A stretch of 64,000 bases of DNA, taken from the IMG/VR virus record IMGVR_UViG_3300027976_000020, positions 1 through 64,000 of that record. One strand, given 5' to 3'. Position numbers and translations under genes: made by a program. A model generated the notes under the pieces. It was not told the origin of the DNA. It did no database searches and saw only the letters and a list, made by a program, of their open reading frames with translations. Positions 1 to 9,499 of the stretch are shown in pieces. Numbering within the stretch: position 1 is the first letter of the stretch; each line of letters opens with the position of its first letter. The DNA is from a virus.

Positions 1-1
1 C

Positions 2-454
2 ATTAACCCAAGTACTACTAAAAGCAGGATTGCAGTAGCTACAAGCAAACTGACAAGTACGATCGAAGGAGATTTCCAAAGTTTTGAGATTAGTATCCAG
101 TTCTGGGGGTTGATTAAATGCCTCATTTAGTGCCACTATAGGGTAAATTTTACTTTTGTACACACGATCGCTAATGGCATCGGTTGCCATGTCTTCGATC
201 TTCCAGCAGTATTCACAACCTTCCGGACGTTCACCTGCTAACATTTTTTTACGGTCATCCTTCTTTTTTGCTGTGTTATGCAATGCAGCAGGATTAACCT
301 TTAGCTCTTCTATATCAATTGCATGCGCCGGTGGATGATGACAACTTGTTGTTTGTCCCGAACCTAGCCATATAGTGGCATTGTACCATTTGGCAGCACA
401 GAAACTAGCACTTTTGGTATCCAGTATTTGATGTTTAAAATCTAAATCATTCAT
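2..454 (-). CDS. Radical SAM protein (partial, runs off window start); paralog of 1501..2925
   Basis: Not in the ORF track. Hand translation from ATG at 454: MNDLDFKHQILDTKSASFCAAKW...SCHHPP...CEYCW...DRTCQFACSYCNP, containing CxxxCxxC. Confidence 0.85.
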   Translation of the reverse strand, partial: MNDLDFKHQILDTKSASFCAAKWYNATIWLGSGQTTSCHHPPAHAIDIEELKVNPAALHNTAKKKDDRKKMLAGERPEGCEYCWKIEDMATDAISDRVYKSKIYPIVALNEAFNQPPELDTNLKTLEISFDRTCQFACSYCNPAFSSTWVN

Positions 455-1517
455 TGATATATTTTGTCATAAACTGTTTGAAGCGTTCTGGAAACTCGGC
501 TCGGACTTTGATTCGCATTTCGGTAAGGTGTTGTTGATTGTATTTACATACATTGTAACACTCTTTTAGGAAACTTGCAAGATCTTGTTGACATAAATCC
601 CGGACAAGTTGACTAACTCTTTCTAATCGAGCTTGATTATTCTCTATCAAATCAAAACTTTCATCGATCACATGACCAAATGTTTTAAATCCTAAATTAT
701 GCATATCTCTGTAATAGCCTTGATTGGCCACTGCTATCCAAGGATGTCCCATAGCAACGGGTTTCCATATCTTTTCTGTTCTGAAACTATAAGGATAATC
801 AAATACTGTTTCGGTTACCAAGCTAAAGTAAGTGTCGCTGTATGGTCTAGCATCAAGGTATATTTCACCCCATATTCCAGTGCCGAACAGTTTACTTTTT
901 ACATTGTTGTCACTGACAGAAAAGTCAGTATTGAATCTTTTATTTTCGTACTGCTTGTTTAGCAGTTTTATAGGCCCGTTGCTGGCGTCTAAGTTAGACC
1001 ATAAAGCTGTATCAAGCAATTTGGATAGTGCTGCTATCATATACTTTCTATGATAGCGATATAGTCCATTTAAAAATAAAAACTTGTACGGTCTTTTTGT
1101 TGAATAATTGTTGTTATATGTTTGTATAGCATTGATGTTTTCATTGTAATCTAATATTTTTGGAAGAAAACTATCGTATTGCAAACACGGGTACGACTCT
1201 TCCATATCGCCGCCGCCGATCAATAATATTTTTTTATCTAATACCAATTGCGTTATGTTAAACATATTGCAATGTTTTTTTAATGTGTTAGACCCCTCCA
1301 ACGGGTTGCTTAATATTATCTTAACAGTGTCATTGTTGTTTGCTACATCCTTGAGCCAAGGCATATTTAAAACAAATTGCTCTCGCCCTATTAGATATAT
1401 AGCATTTGAAATTACAGCATCCTGATGTAAATTGCAAAACTTGTAATCCACATACGGGTCGATGTTGTCATGTACGTCACAATTTACATCAACTATTAGT
1501 TTACGATTGCCGATCAT
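447..1517 (-). CDS. Putative glycosyltransferase (GT-B/GT10-like C-terminus)
   Basis: 356-aa ORF; FSLVTET...TEKIWKP...GFKTF...DESFD resembles the GT10-type signature common in large phages. Confidence 0.55.
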   Translation of the reverse strand: MIGNRKLIVDVNCDVHDNIDPYVDYKFCNLHQDAVISNAIYLIGREQFVLNMPWLKDVANNNDTVKIILSNPLEGSNTLKKHCNMFNITQLVLDKKILLIGGGDMEESYPCLQYDSFLPKILDYNENINAIQTYNNNYSTKRPYKFLFLNGLYRYHRKYMIAALSKLLDTALWSNLDASNGPIKLLNKQYENKRFNTDFSVSDNNVKSKLFGTGIWGEIYLDARPYSDTYFSLVTETVFDYPYSFRTEKIWKPVAMGHPWIAVANQGYYRDMHNLGFKTFGHVIDESFDLIENNQARLERVSQLVRDLCQQDLASFLKECYNVCKYNQQHLTEMRIKVRAEFPERFKQFMTKYINE

Positions 1518-2925
1518 AGTATTCGCACTGGGTCCACCAGCTTTTCATTTCAGGAAATGTTGCTAAAAAATCTGTGTCATGCCTGCGGTCCGCTTCACTG
1601 AAGAAACGATAAAAGTCTGCTTTGTTTGTTTGCAAGTATTCCTTGTCCAACTGTTGCCCGTTGCGCATCCACGCTATGTCACGATCAAGACGGGCTATTT
1701 CGTAATCTTTAAAGCCGTGGAATCTGGTTGCTTCTGTTTCAATGTCTTGTTGCATTGAAGTTTTTAATTTGTCCAACTGTGCAACATAACTTTCTGGCAA
1801 CAGTTGCAAACTTTGCCAAGTTGGTTGACGCAACACAGGAGTATCAAACCACACACGTTGATATGTGCTACTGTGTTTTTTTCTAAGATCAAGTATGCCA
1901 GCAATCAGTTTTGGCAAACTTGTGACACTTAGATTGTTCATTGTCACAATGAATGTAATGCTGTTACGGTAAGGAACTTCGGTTAGGAATTGATTTACCC
2001 TGGCCCATACCAAATCAAAGTCAAGTCCGTGACGCATGTATTCTGCTTGTTCGCCCCACCCATCTAAACTGATGTACTGCATAAAGTGTTCGATTACACC
2101 TTCTTGGCACAGTTGTTTTGTATATGCAAGATACTTTTGCCATAGTTTTTCGTCTACACTAAAGTTACTGGTCACATTCAAGTGCAAATCAGGCTTGGGA
2201 TTGACCAACACATAGTCAAACACTCTATATGTGTTTTTGTCCATCAAGGGTTCGCCACCGGTCATACGGAAGTGTTCTAGTTCTGGATACAGCGTAGGCC
2301 ACCATTCCCAAAACGCATCCACATAAGGATTATCTTCACGAACCGGAATAGGTTTACGTTCTCCTGCAAAGTGTTCCGGAGCATTATGCGGAGTTGATGT
2401 AGGGTAAGCGCCGTGGCGGTCTATTTCTTGTTGCCATGTGCTACTGAACTGTGGACTACAATAACTGCAAGCAAGATTACAAGCATTGTTGAAGTTTACT
2501 TCAACATAACTGGGAGTAATGTCAGCATCCCACTCGGCATTTACAATCTTGCCAAAGTCTTTGGCGGCCCATGGCTCACCAGATCTATAATGACGGTCGC
2601 TTAGTTTACCGTTGTCTTCCATTGTCCAGCAATAGCTACACTCTGCTGGCCGTGTGCCTTCTAGCATCTGTTTACGCTGTTGCTTTTTGTAATCAGTGTT
2701 GTGCAGTGCAGAGGGATTACGACCTATTGCTTCTACAGGAATACGATGCAATGGAGGATGATAACAACTGTTATTGAGTCCCGTAGTTAGGTGTAGACTG
2801 ACTTGTTTCCATTTGGCCAAGCACATGCTGGGACTAACAGTGTCCAACTGTTCTTTGATCAGTTCAGCATCGCTTAAAAACTTTGATTTAAAGTCTTTGC
2901 TAACTTCGTCGCCTTTATTTTGCAC
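1501..2925 (-). CDS. Radical SAM protein with N-terminal Cys-rich auxiliary (twitch/SPASM-like) domain
   Basis: NACNLACSYC (CxxxCxxC), TGGEP motif, extra C..SC..CSYCW cysteines. Confidence 0.85.
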   Translation of the reverse strand: MQNKGDEVSKDFKSKFLSDAELIKEQLDTVSPSMCLAKWKQVSLHLTTGLNNSCYHPPLHRIPVEAIGRNPSALHNTDYKKQQRKQMLEGTRPAECSYCWTMEDNGKLSDRHYRSGEPWAAKDFGKIVNAEWDADITPSYVEVNFNNACNLACSYCSPQFSSTWQQEIDRHGAYPTSTPHNAPEHFAGERKPIPVREDNPYVDAFWEWWPTLYPELEHFRMTGGEPLMDKNTYRVFDYVLVNPKPDLHLNVTSNFSVDEKLWQKYLAYTKQLCQEGVIEHFMQYISLDGWGEQAEYMRHGLDFDLVWARVNQFLTEVPYRNSITFIVTMNNLSVTSLPKLIAGILDLRKKHSSTYQRVWFDTPVLRQPTWQSLQLLPESYVAQLDKLKTSMQQDIETEATRFHGFKDYEIARLDRDIAWMRNGQQLDKEYLQTNKADFYRFFSEADRRHDTDFLATFPEMKSWWTQCEYYDRQS

Positions 2926-3852
2926 TTACCATCCTTCTTGACTGCGTATTACATCAATCTCTCGTACAGCAACACCGCGGTTATGCCAGTTGCTACGGTA
3001 ATGGTGTTTGAAGAATTTGCTAGTGGGTTCATCAAACCACACCATTGGCAAGTCCAACTGTGTGCCAAGTTCTTCTGCCACTTTGCTTAATACAATTTCT
3101 GGATCAGTATCTTTGACTGTGTCCCACAATTGTTCAAGTGCAGCAAAGTCTTGTACTGTACGATAGTCCCAATCTGTCAACATGGTCATGTAAGTGCCCA
3201 TGCGCGAGCCTGCCATGCTCCAAACACCATGTTCCGCATCTCGGCCCACATTGTGCCATACAGTTAAGTTGTCAAGATTGCGTTTGTGTGCGCGGTCTTT
3301 GAATTCAGCCAAGGTGGGTTTTTTGCCCACATTCAAACACATCTTGACACCTTCTCTAAAGCCGGCTCTCCAGGCATGAAAAGCAGATCCATTTGGAAAT
3401 GTAGTTGAATAGCAATCGTGCATGGCCCAGTACAACGGATCAAAACAAAATTCTACTTCTGTGGCTTCGCGACCATCTGTGGCTTCGTGTGTTTGCATTT
3501 CGTTGGCAAACTTTCTTGTCCAAGAACTCAATCCACCGTTGCCGTACATCAAGCCATTGACATGATTGCGTGCTCGCCAACGAAACACAGCCGATTCCCA
3601 TTGTTCAGTTGGTAGTTCTAATGTTAGATTAAAGAACTCTGGATCCGGCATGTTGTCACCATCGATCAATACAAAGCGTTCTGTTTCGCTTGCGGCGGCT
3701 GCTGCTTTGTGTGCAGCATCGCTTCCTTTAACTCCGTCGACGCGTTTGGCCCACGGAACCATGTTGCGAATCTTCACCCAGAATTCTTCTTTCTGCGGCT
3801 CGTCGTATGTCAAGTAAATGCAGTCAAGGTCTGCAATATCAATCCGATTCAT
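2926..3852 (-). CDS. Putative GT-A fold glycosyltransferase
   Basis: LIDGD (DxD) after hydrophobic strand; YGNGG; WRAGFREGVK. Confidence 0.6.
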   Translation of the reverse strand: MNRIDIADLDCIYLTYDEPQKEEFWVKIRNMVPWAKRVDGVKGSDAAHKAAAAASETERFVLIDGDNMPDPEFFNLTLELPTEQWESAVFRWRARNHVNGLMYGNGGLSSWTRKFANEMQTHEATDGREATEVEFCFDPLYWAMHDCYSTTFPNGSAFHAWRAGFREGVKMCLNVGKKPTLAEFKDRAHKRNLDNLTVWHNVGRDAEHGVWSMAGSRMGTYMTMLTDWDYRTVQDFAALEQLWDTVKDTDPEIVLSKVAEELGTQLDLPMVWFDEPTSKFFKHHYRSNWHNRGVAVREIDVIRSQEGW

Positions 3853-4186
3853 GTGATTTCAAACTCCATTTAATATTTGGTTGTTGCTGGTCAACAACAA
3901 TACTGATGTTGCCGGGCAAACAAGGTGTTCCAGAAATACCAGGAACTAGTTTGGTAACTATTTTCTTTGGTTTTATGTGTACCAGTTTGCCATCGACCAC
4001 ACGCACATTTCTTGAACTGTGTTGATATGCTGTAGCGTCTATGTCTATGTAATTACCTGGCAAGTCTTCCATGCTGTAAGATAATGGTGAACCATTCTCA
4101 TTGTAGTACAGTCTAAAAAATACAGCACCGGGAACTGGCACTGGTTCCGCCCATGCTTTCCAGAAATTTTCAGTAGTTTTGTTCAT
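3839..4186 (-). CDS. Hypothetical protein
   Basis: 115-aa ORF overlapping both neighbours in the operon. Confidence 0.7.
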   Translation of the reverse strand: MNKTTENFWKAWAEPVPVPGAVFFRLYYNENGSPLSYSMEDLPGNYIDIDATAYQHSSRNVRVVDGKLVHIKPKKIVTKLVPGISGTPCLPGNISIVVDQQQPNIKWSLKSHESD

Positions 4187-4449
4187 TGTTTAACAACACA
4201 ATTCCTGCGATAATTGATCAGTCCGTATGCGGCTATAATAAACCATACAATTTCAATAATTATACTACTGATGTTGGGTTTGTAGTATAAATTAATTCCC
4301 AAAAGTATTGCAACAATCAAGTTGGCCAAGTTGTACTGCCAGCCTTTGCTGTCTATCTTGCCTGCTACATTTAGGTAATAGGTGGTTAGTAAAATAACAA
4401 CGCCAATGTTGCCAACAAAGTCACTCCAGCTGTAGTCATATTCAATCAT
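4183..4449 (-). CDS. Small 3-TM membrane protein (CBU_0592-like)
   Basis: Hydrophobic helices VGNIGVVILLTTYYL, NLIVAILLGINL, IIIEIVWFIIAAY; probable ATG at 4449 (ORF track extends to 4482). Confidence 0.6.
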   Translation of the reverse strand: MIEYDYSWSDFVGNIGVVILLTTYYLNVAGKIDSKGWQYNLANLIVAILLGINLYYKPNISSIIIEIVWFIIAAYGLINYRRNCVVKQ

Positions 4450-5218
4450 AGTAGTTCCAATTTTTGTTGTTGTAATGCACAAATCCCCACTGTACTATTG
4501 TTTGTATTCGTAACCCTGGGTTGGTATTTTCCCATATCAACTCTTTTGTCCAATCTTTAGTATGAGTGGCAACAATGCCCTGCTTCATATGAACAATAGT
4601 AGGACCGTGCCCAACTGGCAATGTCACTTGTTCTCTGCCCATTATGTCTGCAGCCATGGCATAAACAACATCGGTTGACGGCTCTTCTTCGGCAAACTTT
4701 AATAGTGTTTTAAAGTCTGCCCAATTCTCAAATATATCTCTTACCCATTGGAAAAACTCTTGAGCTGTTTTACTCAACCGCCAATACGTTATAGCATTGT
4801 ACACGTCTGGCAAGTTGTTGGCATCAAACAGTTTACGATAACGACGATGTGCGCTGGGCTGGTCATAAAAGTCTCTACATCCTTGACTCACAACTACGTC
4901 ACGATGTTCAAACATGGTCCACAAATGGTCTACTGGACTGGCAACAATCATGTCTGCTTCCAGTTTAATAGTTTGCCTATAAGGACTTGCTCTGAACACT
5001 TGCCAGTCATTTGCAAAGCCACCTTTGTCACCGTACGGCAACATTTCTTTTGTTAGGATAGTTATGTTGGCGTCAGGATGCCATGCTCGTATGCTTGCGG
5101 CCAACTGTTCTGCACAGGCCACATAGTCCACTGTGTCTGTGTTGATGGCTGGGATCAAATACCCACGTTCAGCAAGGATTGGCAACGATTGCTCCCAGTT
5201 GTTGTTTGCCCATGGCAT
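4442..5218 (-). CDS. Putative nucleotide-diphospho-sugar transferase (GT-A)
   Basis: SPYRQTIKLEADM motif; true start may be TTG at 5185. Confidence 0.6.
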   Translation of the reverse strand: MPWANNNWEQSLPILAERGYLIPAINTDTVDYVACAEQLAASIRAWHPDANITILTKEMLPYGDKGGFANDWQVFRASPYRQTIKLEADMIVASPVDHLWTMFEHRDVVVSQGCRDFYDQPSAHRRYRKLFDANNLPDVYNAITYWRLSKTAQEFFQWVRDIFENWADFKTLLKFAEEEPSTDVVYAMAADIMGREQVTLPVGHGPTIVHMKQGIVATHTKDWTKELIWENTNPGLRIQTIVQWGFVHYNNKNWNYYD

Positions 5219-5969
5219 GAAAGTCTTGGTTCAATATGATCCACCGTGGTTTTTTGTCAGGAGTTAAAAAGTCTACCCTGTAGGAGTCTTGTGAAAGTTG
5301 TGTCAATTTGTGTTCTGGGGTAATACTTGCCAACGTGCCGGCAATCTCGTTGACTTGTAAGGTGTGTCCGTTCAGAGTATTTAATGCAATACTAAGAGAA
5401 TGATCATTCCTGTACGTGGGTGTGTTATTTTTATATAAATTTCTGTAGTGAGTCCAATTGTTGCGTATCATTTCCATTGATTCAAATAGCAGTTGCGTTT
5501 TACTACAACGACGAAACATCATAACAGTTGCCCACCACATAGGCATCCTATGACTTCCAAAATAATTTAAATCATCAAATGTTTGTAGTCCGGTGACATC
5601 AGTTGCCCAGCGGTGGCATAAAAAGTCTTGATCACTTGCTAATACTGTAGAGAGTTGATTGCTAGCAACAACATAATCTGCATCCAATACCAATGTTTGA
5701 TCCCATGGACTTAATTTGTAAGCATCCATGCGATTTGTATTGTGCCATGTTACATTTGAGTTGTAATCAGAAAAGTATCTTGCACCGCCCTGTGCCGGAT
5801 CAGCAAGTATTACTTTGTCAAACGAATGTCCGCCGGCAGGCTCTTCCCGGGTAACAACACAAACAGGAATATTCAAATGCCGTTGTATATTTTTGGCAGA
5901 CCAGTTGGCCATTGCGACATAATCAGTATGTTCGTTATTGAACGCAAATATTAATGCACCAACAGTCAT
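5169..5969 (-). CDS. Putative nucleotide-diphospho-sugar transferase (GT-A), paralog of 4442..5218
   Basis: SPWDQTLVLDADY (DxD) motif; YRND motif. Confidence 0.65.
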   Translation of the reverse strand: MTVGALIFAFNNEHTDYVAMANWSAKNIQRHLNIPVCVVTREEPAGGHSFDKVILADPAQGGARYFSDYNSNVTWHNTNRMDAYKLSPWDQTLVLDADYVVASNQLSTVLASDQDFLCHRWATDVTGLQTFDDLNYFGSHRMPMWWATVMMFRRCSKTQLLFESMEMIRNNWTHYRNLYKNNTPTYRNDHSLSIALNTLNGHTLQVNEIAGTLASITPEHKLTQLSQDSYRVDFLTPDKKPRWIILNQDFHAMGKQQLGAIVANPC

Positions 5970-6271
5970 CGTTTTTTGTTTGTTTCTTCATGGTCAACTA
6001 GCCATGCGTTCATTTGTTCTTGCCATCTTTGCATTGCGATACCCCGTAGTTCTTCTGGATTGACTCTAACAGGAGTTTCGTACAAGTCCAACAGCACTGC
6101 GTCTCCAGGAGGTACAGTAGCAAGCAACACCAACAATGTTGGACCAGCAGTCCACATTCCTCCGCTGTGCGCAAACAGCATTTTGGCTTGATATTTTTCT
6201 TTGAGCAAACGACGTGCAGCCACATGGTCAAAACGAGCACGGCTAGTTTCAATTAATTGATCAGTATTCAT
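5966..6271 (-). CDS. Hypothetical protein
   Basis: 101-aa ORF, first gene after a promoter, ATGA-coupled to the next gene. Confidence 0.7.
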   Translation of the reverse strand: MNTDQLIETSRARFDHVAARRLLKEKYQAKMLFAHSGGMWTAGPTLLVLLATVPPGDAVLLDLYETPVRVNPEELRGIAMQRWQEQMNAWLVDHEETNKKR

Positions 6272-6278
6272 ATAGATT

Positions 6279-6307
6279 ATTATACAGGAAAGATAGACAA
6301 AAGTAAA
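6279..6307 (-). promoter_or_regulatory. Sigma70-like promoter TTTACT-N17-TATAAT driving the glycosyltransferase/radical SAM operon
   Basis: Minus strand TTTACT (6307-6302), 17-nt spacer, TATAAT (6284-6279), ATG 7 nt downstream. Confidence 0.6.
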
Positions 6308-6325
6308 GGGCCCGAAGGCCCTTTT
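6301..6325 (-). terminator. Rho-independent terminator
   Basis: Minus strand AAAGGGCC-TTCG-GGCCCTTT then ACTTTT; cUUCGg tetraloop. Confidence 0.85.
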
Positions 6326-6345
6326 GGTAAAAAATTACAGTTTAA

Positions 6346-7344
6346 TTAAGCAACTGATGCTGCAATAGTCGGAGTGCCCCAAGATGCACTTGTCAAGTAA
6401 GTGGCACTCGGTACAAATAACGTAACTACTGTTGCAGGTGCTGTACCAAACGATACGAATGGTGACGCAGAAGCAGTACCACCTGTGATCACGTTGTTAC
6501 CGCCTGGTGCTGGATCGCCGCCTGGGTCAACCCAAGTTGTAGTCAACACCAATTGTGTGCCGCTTCCGGCTGTTTTGGCATTTATGCTAATATACTGTCC
6601 GGCATACGGAGCAGTATCAGCATATTGACGATATACTTGTGTATCGCCGGTTGTAAAATTGAACCATCCTGTGCCAGTGGCCAGTGTATTTGGTGTGCCA
6701 GTGCCGCCAACTTTAGTAGTTCCTGTATAACTTGATGCTGCGATAACTTGTGGATTTAGTGCAGCGCCGCCGGTGATATAAATATCGCCAACCAATGTAG
6801 TAGCCAAGTCATTCCATTCTGCATCACCGTCATTACCGGTTGAAGTTTTGCTTGATTCCCATTTGATGCGTCCACCTGCGTTGAAGAAATAACGTGCAGC
6901 ATTGGCAGTAGCAAATGTTACAGTATGTGTAAATGTGATTGTCCAGGCTGCGTTAGCGGATCCAGTGTTTGTTGTTTTGCTTGCTGCGCCACTAAATGTT
7001 GTAGTTTGGGCACCACTTGCTGCTGCATTACCACGCTTGGCAATAAGACTAGTGATGTCTGTGTTTAGATCTGCTAAAATTGCAACAGTAGTTCCAGTTG
7101 TTGGATTTGCTCTACTTGTGATAGTGGTGCCTTGATGACTTGCCATTGAAGTAATTTTACTATTCAATGTGGCCCACTGTGTTGCTGTGATGGTTGCTGC
7201 GACCGAAACTGTGGTCAGTGCTGTTTCCCCGTATCCTGCTGTGTCTGCACCAGTTGACCAAATTCCGTTTACGTTTGCTCCGTTTGTGCTAACAAACCCA
7301 TTATAGTCTGTTGCCGCGATGATACTACCTGCTGTATATGCCAT
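6346..7344 (-). CDS. Virion structural protein (tail/fibre-associated)
   Basis: Thr/Gly/Ala-rich; ARYFFNAGG motif; lies in the tail cluster. Confidence 0.6.
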   Translation of the reverse strand: MAYTAGSIIAATDYNGFVSTNGANVNGIWSTGADTAGYGETALTTVSVAATITATQWATLNSKITSMASHQGTTITSRANPTTGTTVAILADLNTDITSLIAKRGNAAASGAQTTTFSGAASKTTNTGSANAAWTITFTHTVTFATANAARYFFNAGGRIKWESSKTSTGNDGDAEWNDLATTLVGDIYITGGAALNPQVIAASSYTGTTKVGGTGTPNTLATGTGWFNFTTGDTQVYRQYADTAPYAGQYISINAKTAGSGTQLVLTTTWVDPGGDPAPGGNNVITGGTASASPFVSFGTAPATVVTLFVPSATYLTSASWGTPTIAASVA

Positions 7345-7422
7345 TTTGTTTTTAATCCCTTTGTATTAGTTGATCAACATCAACGCGAAAACTTCTCGCT
7401 GGGTGATTTTAATCTTGTAGAA

Positions 7423-8703
7423 TCAATTGATTTTAACAATCGCTTCTACAATGCCTTGTTCTTCTGTTAATTTATCATTTAATGAACGACCAATAACATT
7501 AAACGCTGTTGCTTCTCCGGGCTGGGCAGCTCTTGCCAATCCATTTCCGGCCGAAACAAGTCTATCTCCTTTGCGCACCAACCCCATAGTGTTGACCGGG
7601 ACACGTCCTGTCATTGCAACAGCAGGGTGAGTTGTGTCGGTACCAGCAAGACTGTTCATCAGGTAAGCAGCTCGTGTACTTATGACACCAAACACTTTTT
7701 CGCTTAGTTCATCTGTAACTCGAGTGATTTCGTTGGCACCTCCAAGTTCAACAACAGTACCTGCTTCTAGTTCAGCGTCAGCTGCAAAACGTTCTGCAAC
7801 GTCGGCGTACTGAGCACTAATGTTTGTGCCACTGATACTGCCAGTGGCACCATTGATTGTCATAGCAGTAGTTGGTACACCGCCTTTGTTGACATTGAAT
7901 GTTATGTTGCCGTTGTTAGTTTGATTATACAGTGTTACTGCTGTTCCTGCAACCCCGATTCGGGCATCTTGATTGGAACCAACCGATAAACCGGTATTGT
8001 TCAAAACAGCAAATGTACCTGTTGTTGTTTCCGCAACGTTCTTTAACATAAAGTCGGACGGATCATACCCTTCAAGTGTTTGAGCAACACTTGCTGTACC
8101 CTGGAACAACGGAACTTGCGCACCAACCAGTGTGCTCAGTGTGATACCGGGACGTACTGTTGTGTATCCTGCAATAGTGCTAGCCGGAGTAAATGCAGCA
8201 TCCTTGCTGACAATACCAACAATATTATCTTCAACAAACAATTTAATTACAACGTGTGCTACTGCCACGTTGTCAGTTATAGAATCAGCAATTGCGCCAG
8301 TTGTACCTTGTCCGGATGTAAATGCCGGCCCAACTAGCAAAAATGCACTGCCTGTCCATACTTTAAGCTGTGCATTAACTGTGTCAAACCACAAATCGCC
8401 TGTTACGTTGTTTGTAGGAGCAGTTGCTTGGGCAGTAGTAGACGAAATCGTTTTCCACTGCGCGCCGTTGTAGGCTTTCATCAAACCAAGACTACTGTCC
8501 CACCAAAGTTGACCAGTTAATGGTGCTCCTGGCGCTGTGGGGTTGGACGAATTTTCCAACAGGTGGATACAGTTTTCGTTTAAGAATTCACCGTACCCAG
8601 CGTAGTTTTTACCAACCAGTATCATTGAACTGGAAGTGTTGATTGTACCATCTGCAACTGTAGCAAAGATTGTACCGTCTGTTAAGTTAATTGTATATGC
8701 CAT
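7423..8703 (-). CDS. Tail fibre-like protein with C-terminal intramolecular chaperone-like domain
   Basis: GQLWWD/GDLWFD repeats; C-terminal AQYADVAERF...GTVV...GVIS...GRVPV...GDRLV. Confidence 0.6.
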   Translation of the reverse strand: MAYTINLTDGTIFATVADGTINTSSSMILVGKNYAGYGEFLNENCIHLLENSSNPTAPGAPLTGQLWWDSSLGLMKAYNGAQWKTISSTTAQATAPTNNVTGDLWFDTVNAQLKVWTGSAFLLVGPAFTSGQGTTGAIADSITDNVAVAHVVIKLFVEDNIVGIVSKDAAFTPASTIAGYTTVRPGITLSTLVGAQVPLFQGTASVAQTLEGYDPSDFMLKNVAETTTGTFAVLNNTGLSVGSNQDARIGVAGTAVTLYNQTNNGNITFNVNKGGVPTTAMTINGATGSISGTNISAQYADVAERFAADAELEAGTVVELGGANEITRVTDELSEKVFGVISTRAAYLMNSLAGTDTTHPAVAMTGRVPVNTMGLVRKGDRLVSAGNGLARAAQPGEATAFNVIGRSLNDKLTEEQGIVEAIVKIN

Positions 8704-8728
8704 TTGTAGCTTACTCCGTTAATTTTAT

Positions 8729-9349
8729 TTATGCTGCACTAAGGTTCGTTAAAGTTTGGATACGAATTGTGTAATCAATCTGTATCTGTCTGTTCAAACT
8801 CTTTTGCACTGGGTGAAAGATTACATGGGTAATCAAGCGCAGGTCTGTTGCACTGCCGTTCCATGTTTTGAGCCCTAGCTCGTCAAACACATATTCACCA
8901 TTGAAATTTGTGCTGTTATCAAACGCTTGTTGTCCATTCGGCTCGCCGTAGTCCAACAAACATGTTACTAAAATATCCGTGTATACCTTGCCAGATGTAT
9001 GTAATACTTGCATTTTGTTATTGGCAGTATCAGTGTTGGCAGAAGAATTATCATCTACTACTTTGGAATATGTTTCGTTGTATAAATTAGCATTTTGACC
9101 AACTGTGTTTGGCGGCAAATATGTAATAATACCTGTGGGATCTACACTTGATCCACCGTTGCCAAACGCCATTGAATATATCTGGCCGCCACCTTGAGCA
9201 GATGTTCTGTTGCTGAGTGTTTGAGCCATTGCATACGATATATTTTCGTAATGGATTGCGTTCTTTTTGTCCACTAATACTTCGCCGGTAGCAGGGACAT
9301 GGATTTTAACAAATCCTTCAATTTTGGCTAGGCCTGGCTGAAATATCAT
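8729..9349 (-). CDS. Virion structural protein (baseplate/fibre attachment-like)
   Basis: MAFGNGG, FDELGL, THVIFHPVQKS motifs; tail cluster. Confidence 0.55.
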   Translation of the reverse strand: MIFQPGLAKIEGFVKIHVPATGEVLVDKKNAIHYENISYAMAQTLSNRTSAQGGGQIYSMAFGNGGSSVDPTGIITYLPPNTVGQNANLYNETYSKVVDDNSSANTDTANNKMQVLHTSGKVYTDILVTCLLDYGEPNGQQAFDNSTNFNGEYVFDELGLKTWNGSATDLRLITHVIFHPVQKSLNRQIQIDYTIRIQTLTNLSAA

Positions 9350-9483
9350 GCTCGCTTCTCCACTATAACTTCCTTGGTTTTTGGGTCAAAAATACGAATA
9401 TGTCCTTCAACAGAAATAGTCCCAGTTTCCTGGGGTTTTTTGGCCGGTACTGCTGGCTGTTGCGGTGTTGTATTTTGATTCAT
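9346..9483 (-). CDS. 45-aa protein below the ORF-track cutoff
   Basis: MNQNTTPQQPAVPAKKPQETGTISVEGHIRIFDPKTKEVIVEKRA*; TAAATA 4 nt upstream; ATGA-coupled to 8729..9349. Confidence 0.75.
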   Translation of the reverse strand: MNQNTTPQQPAVPAKKPQETGTISVEGHIRIFDPKTKEVIVEKRA

Positions 9484-9499
9484 ACTTTATTTACCTTGA

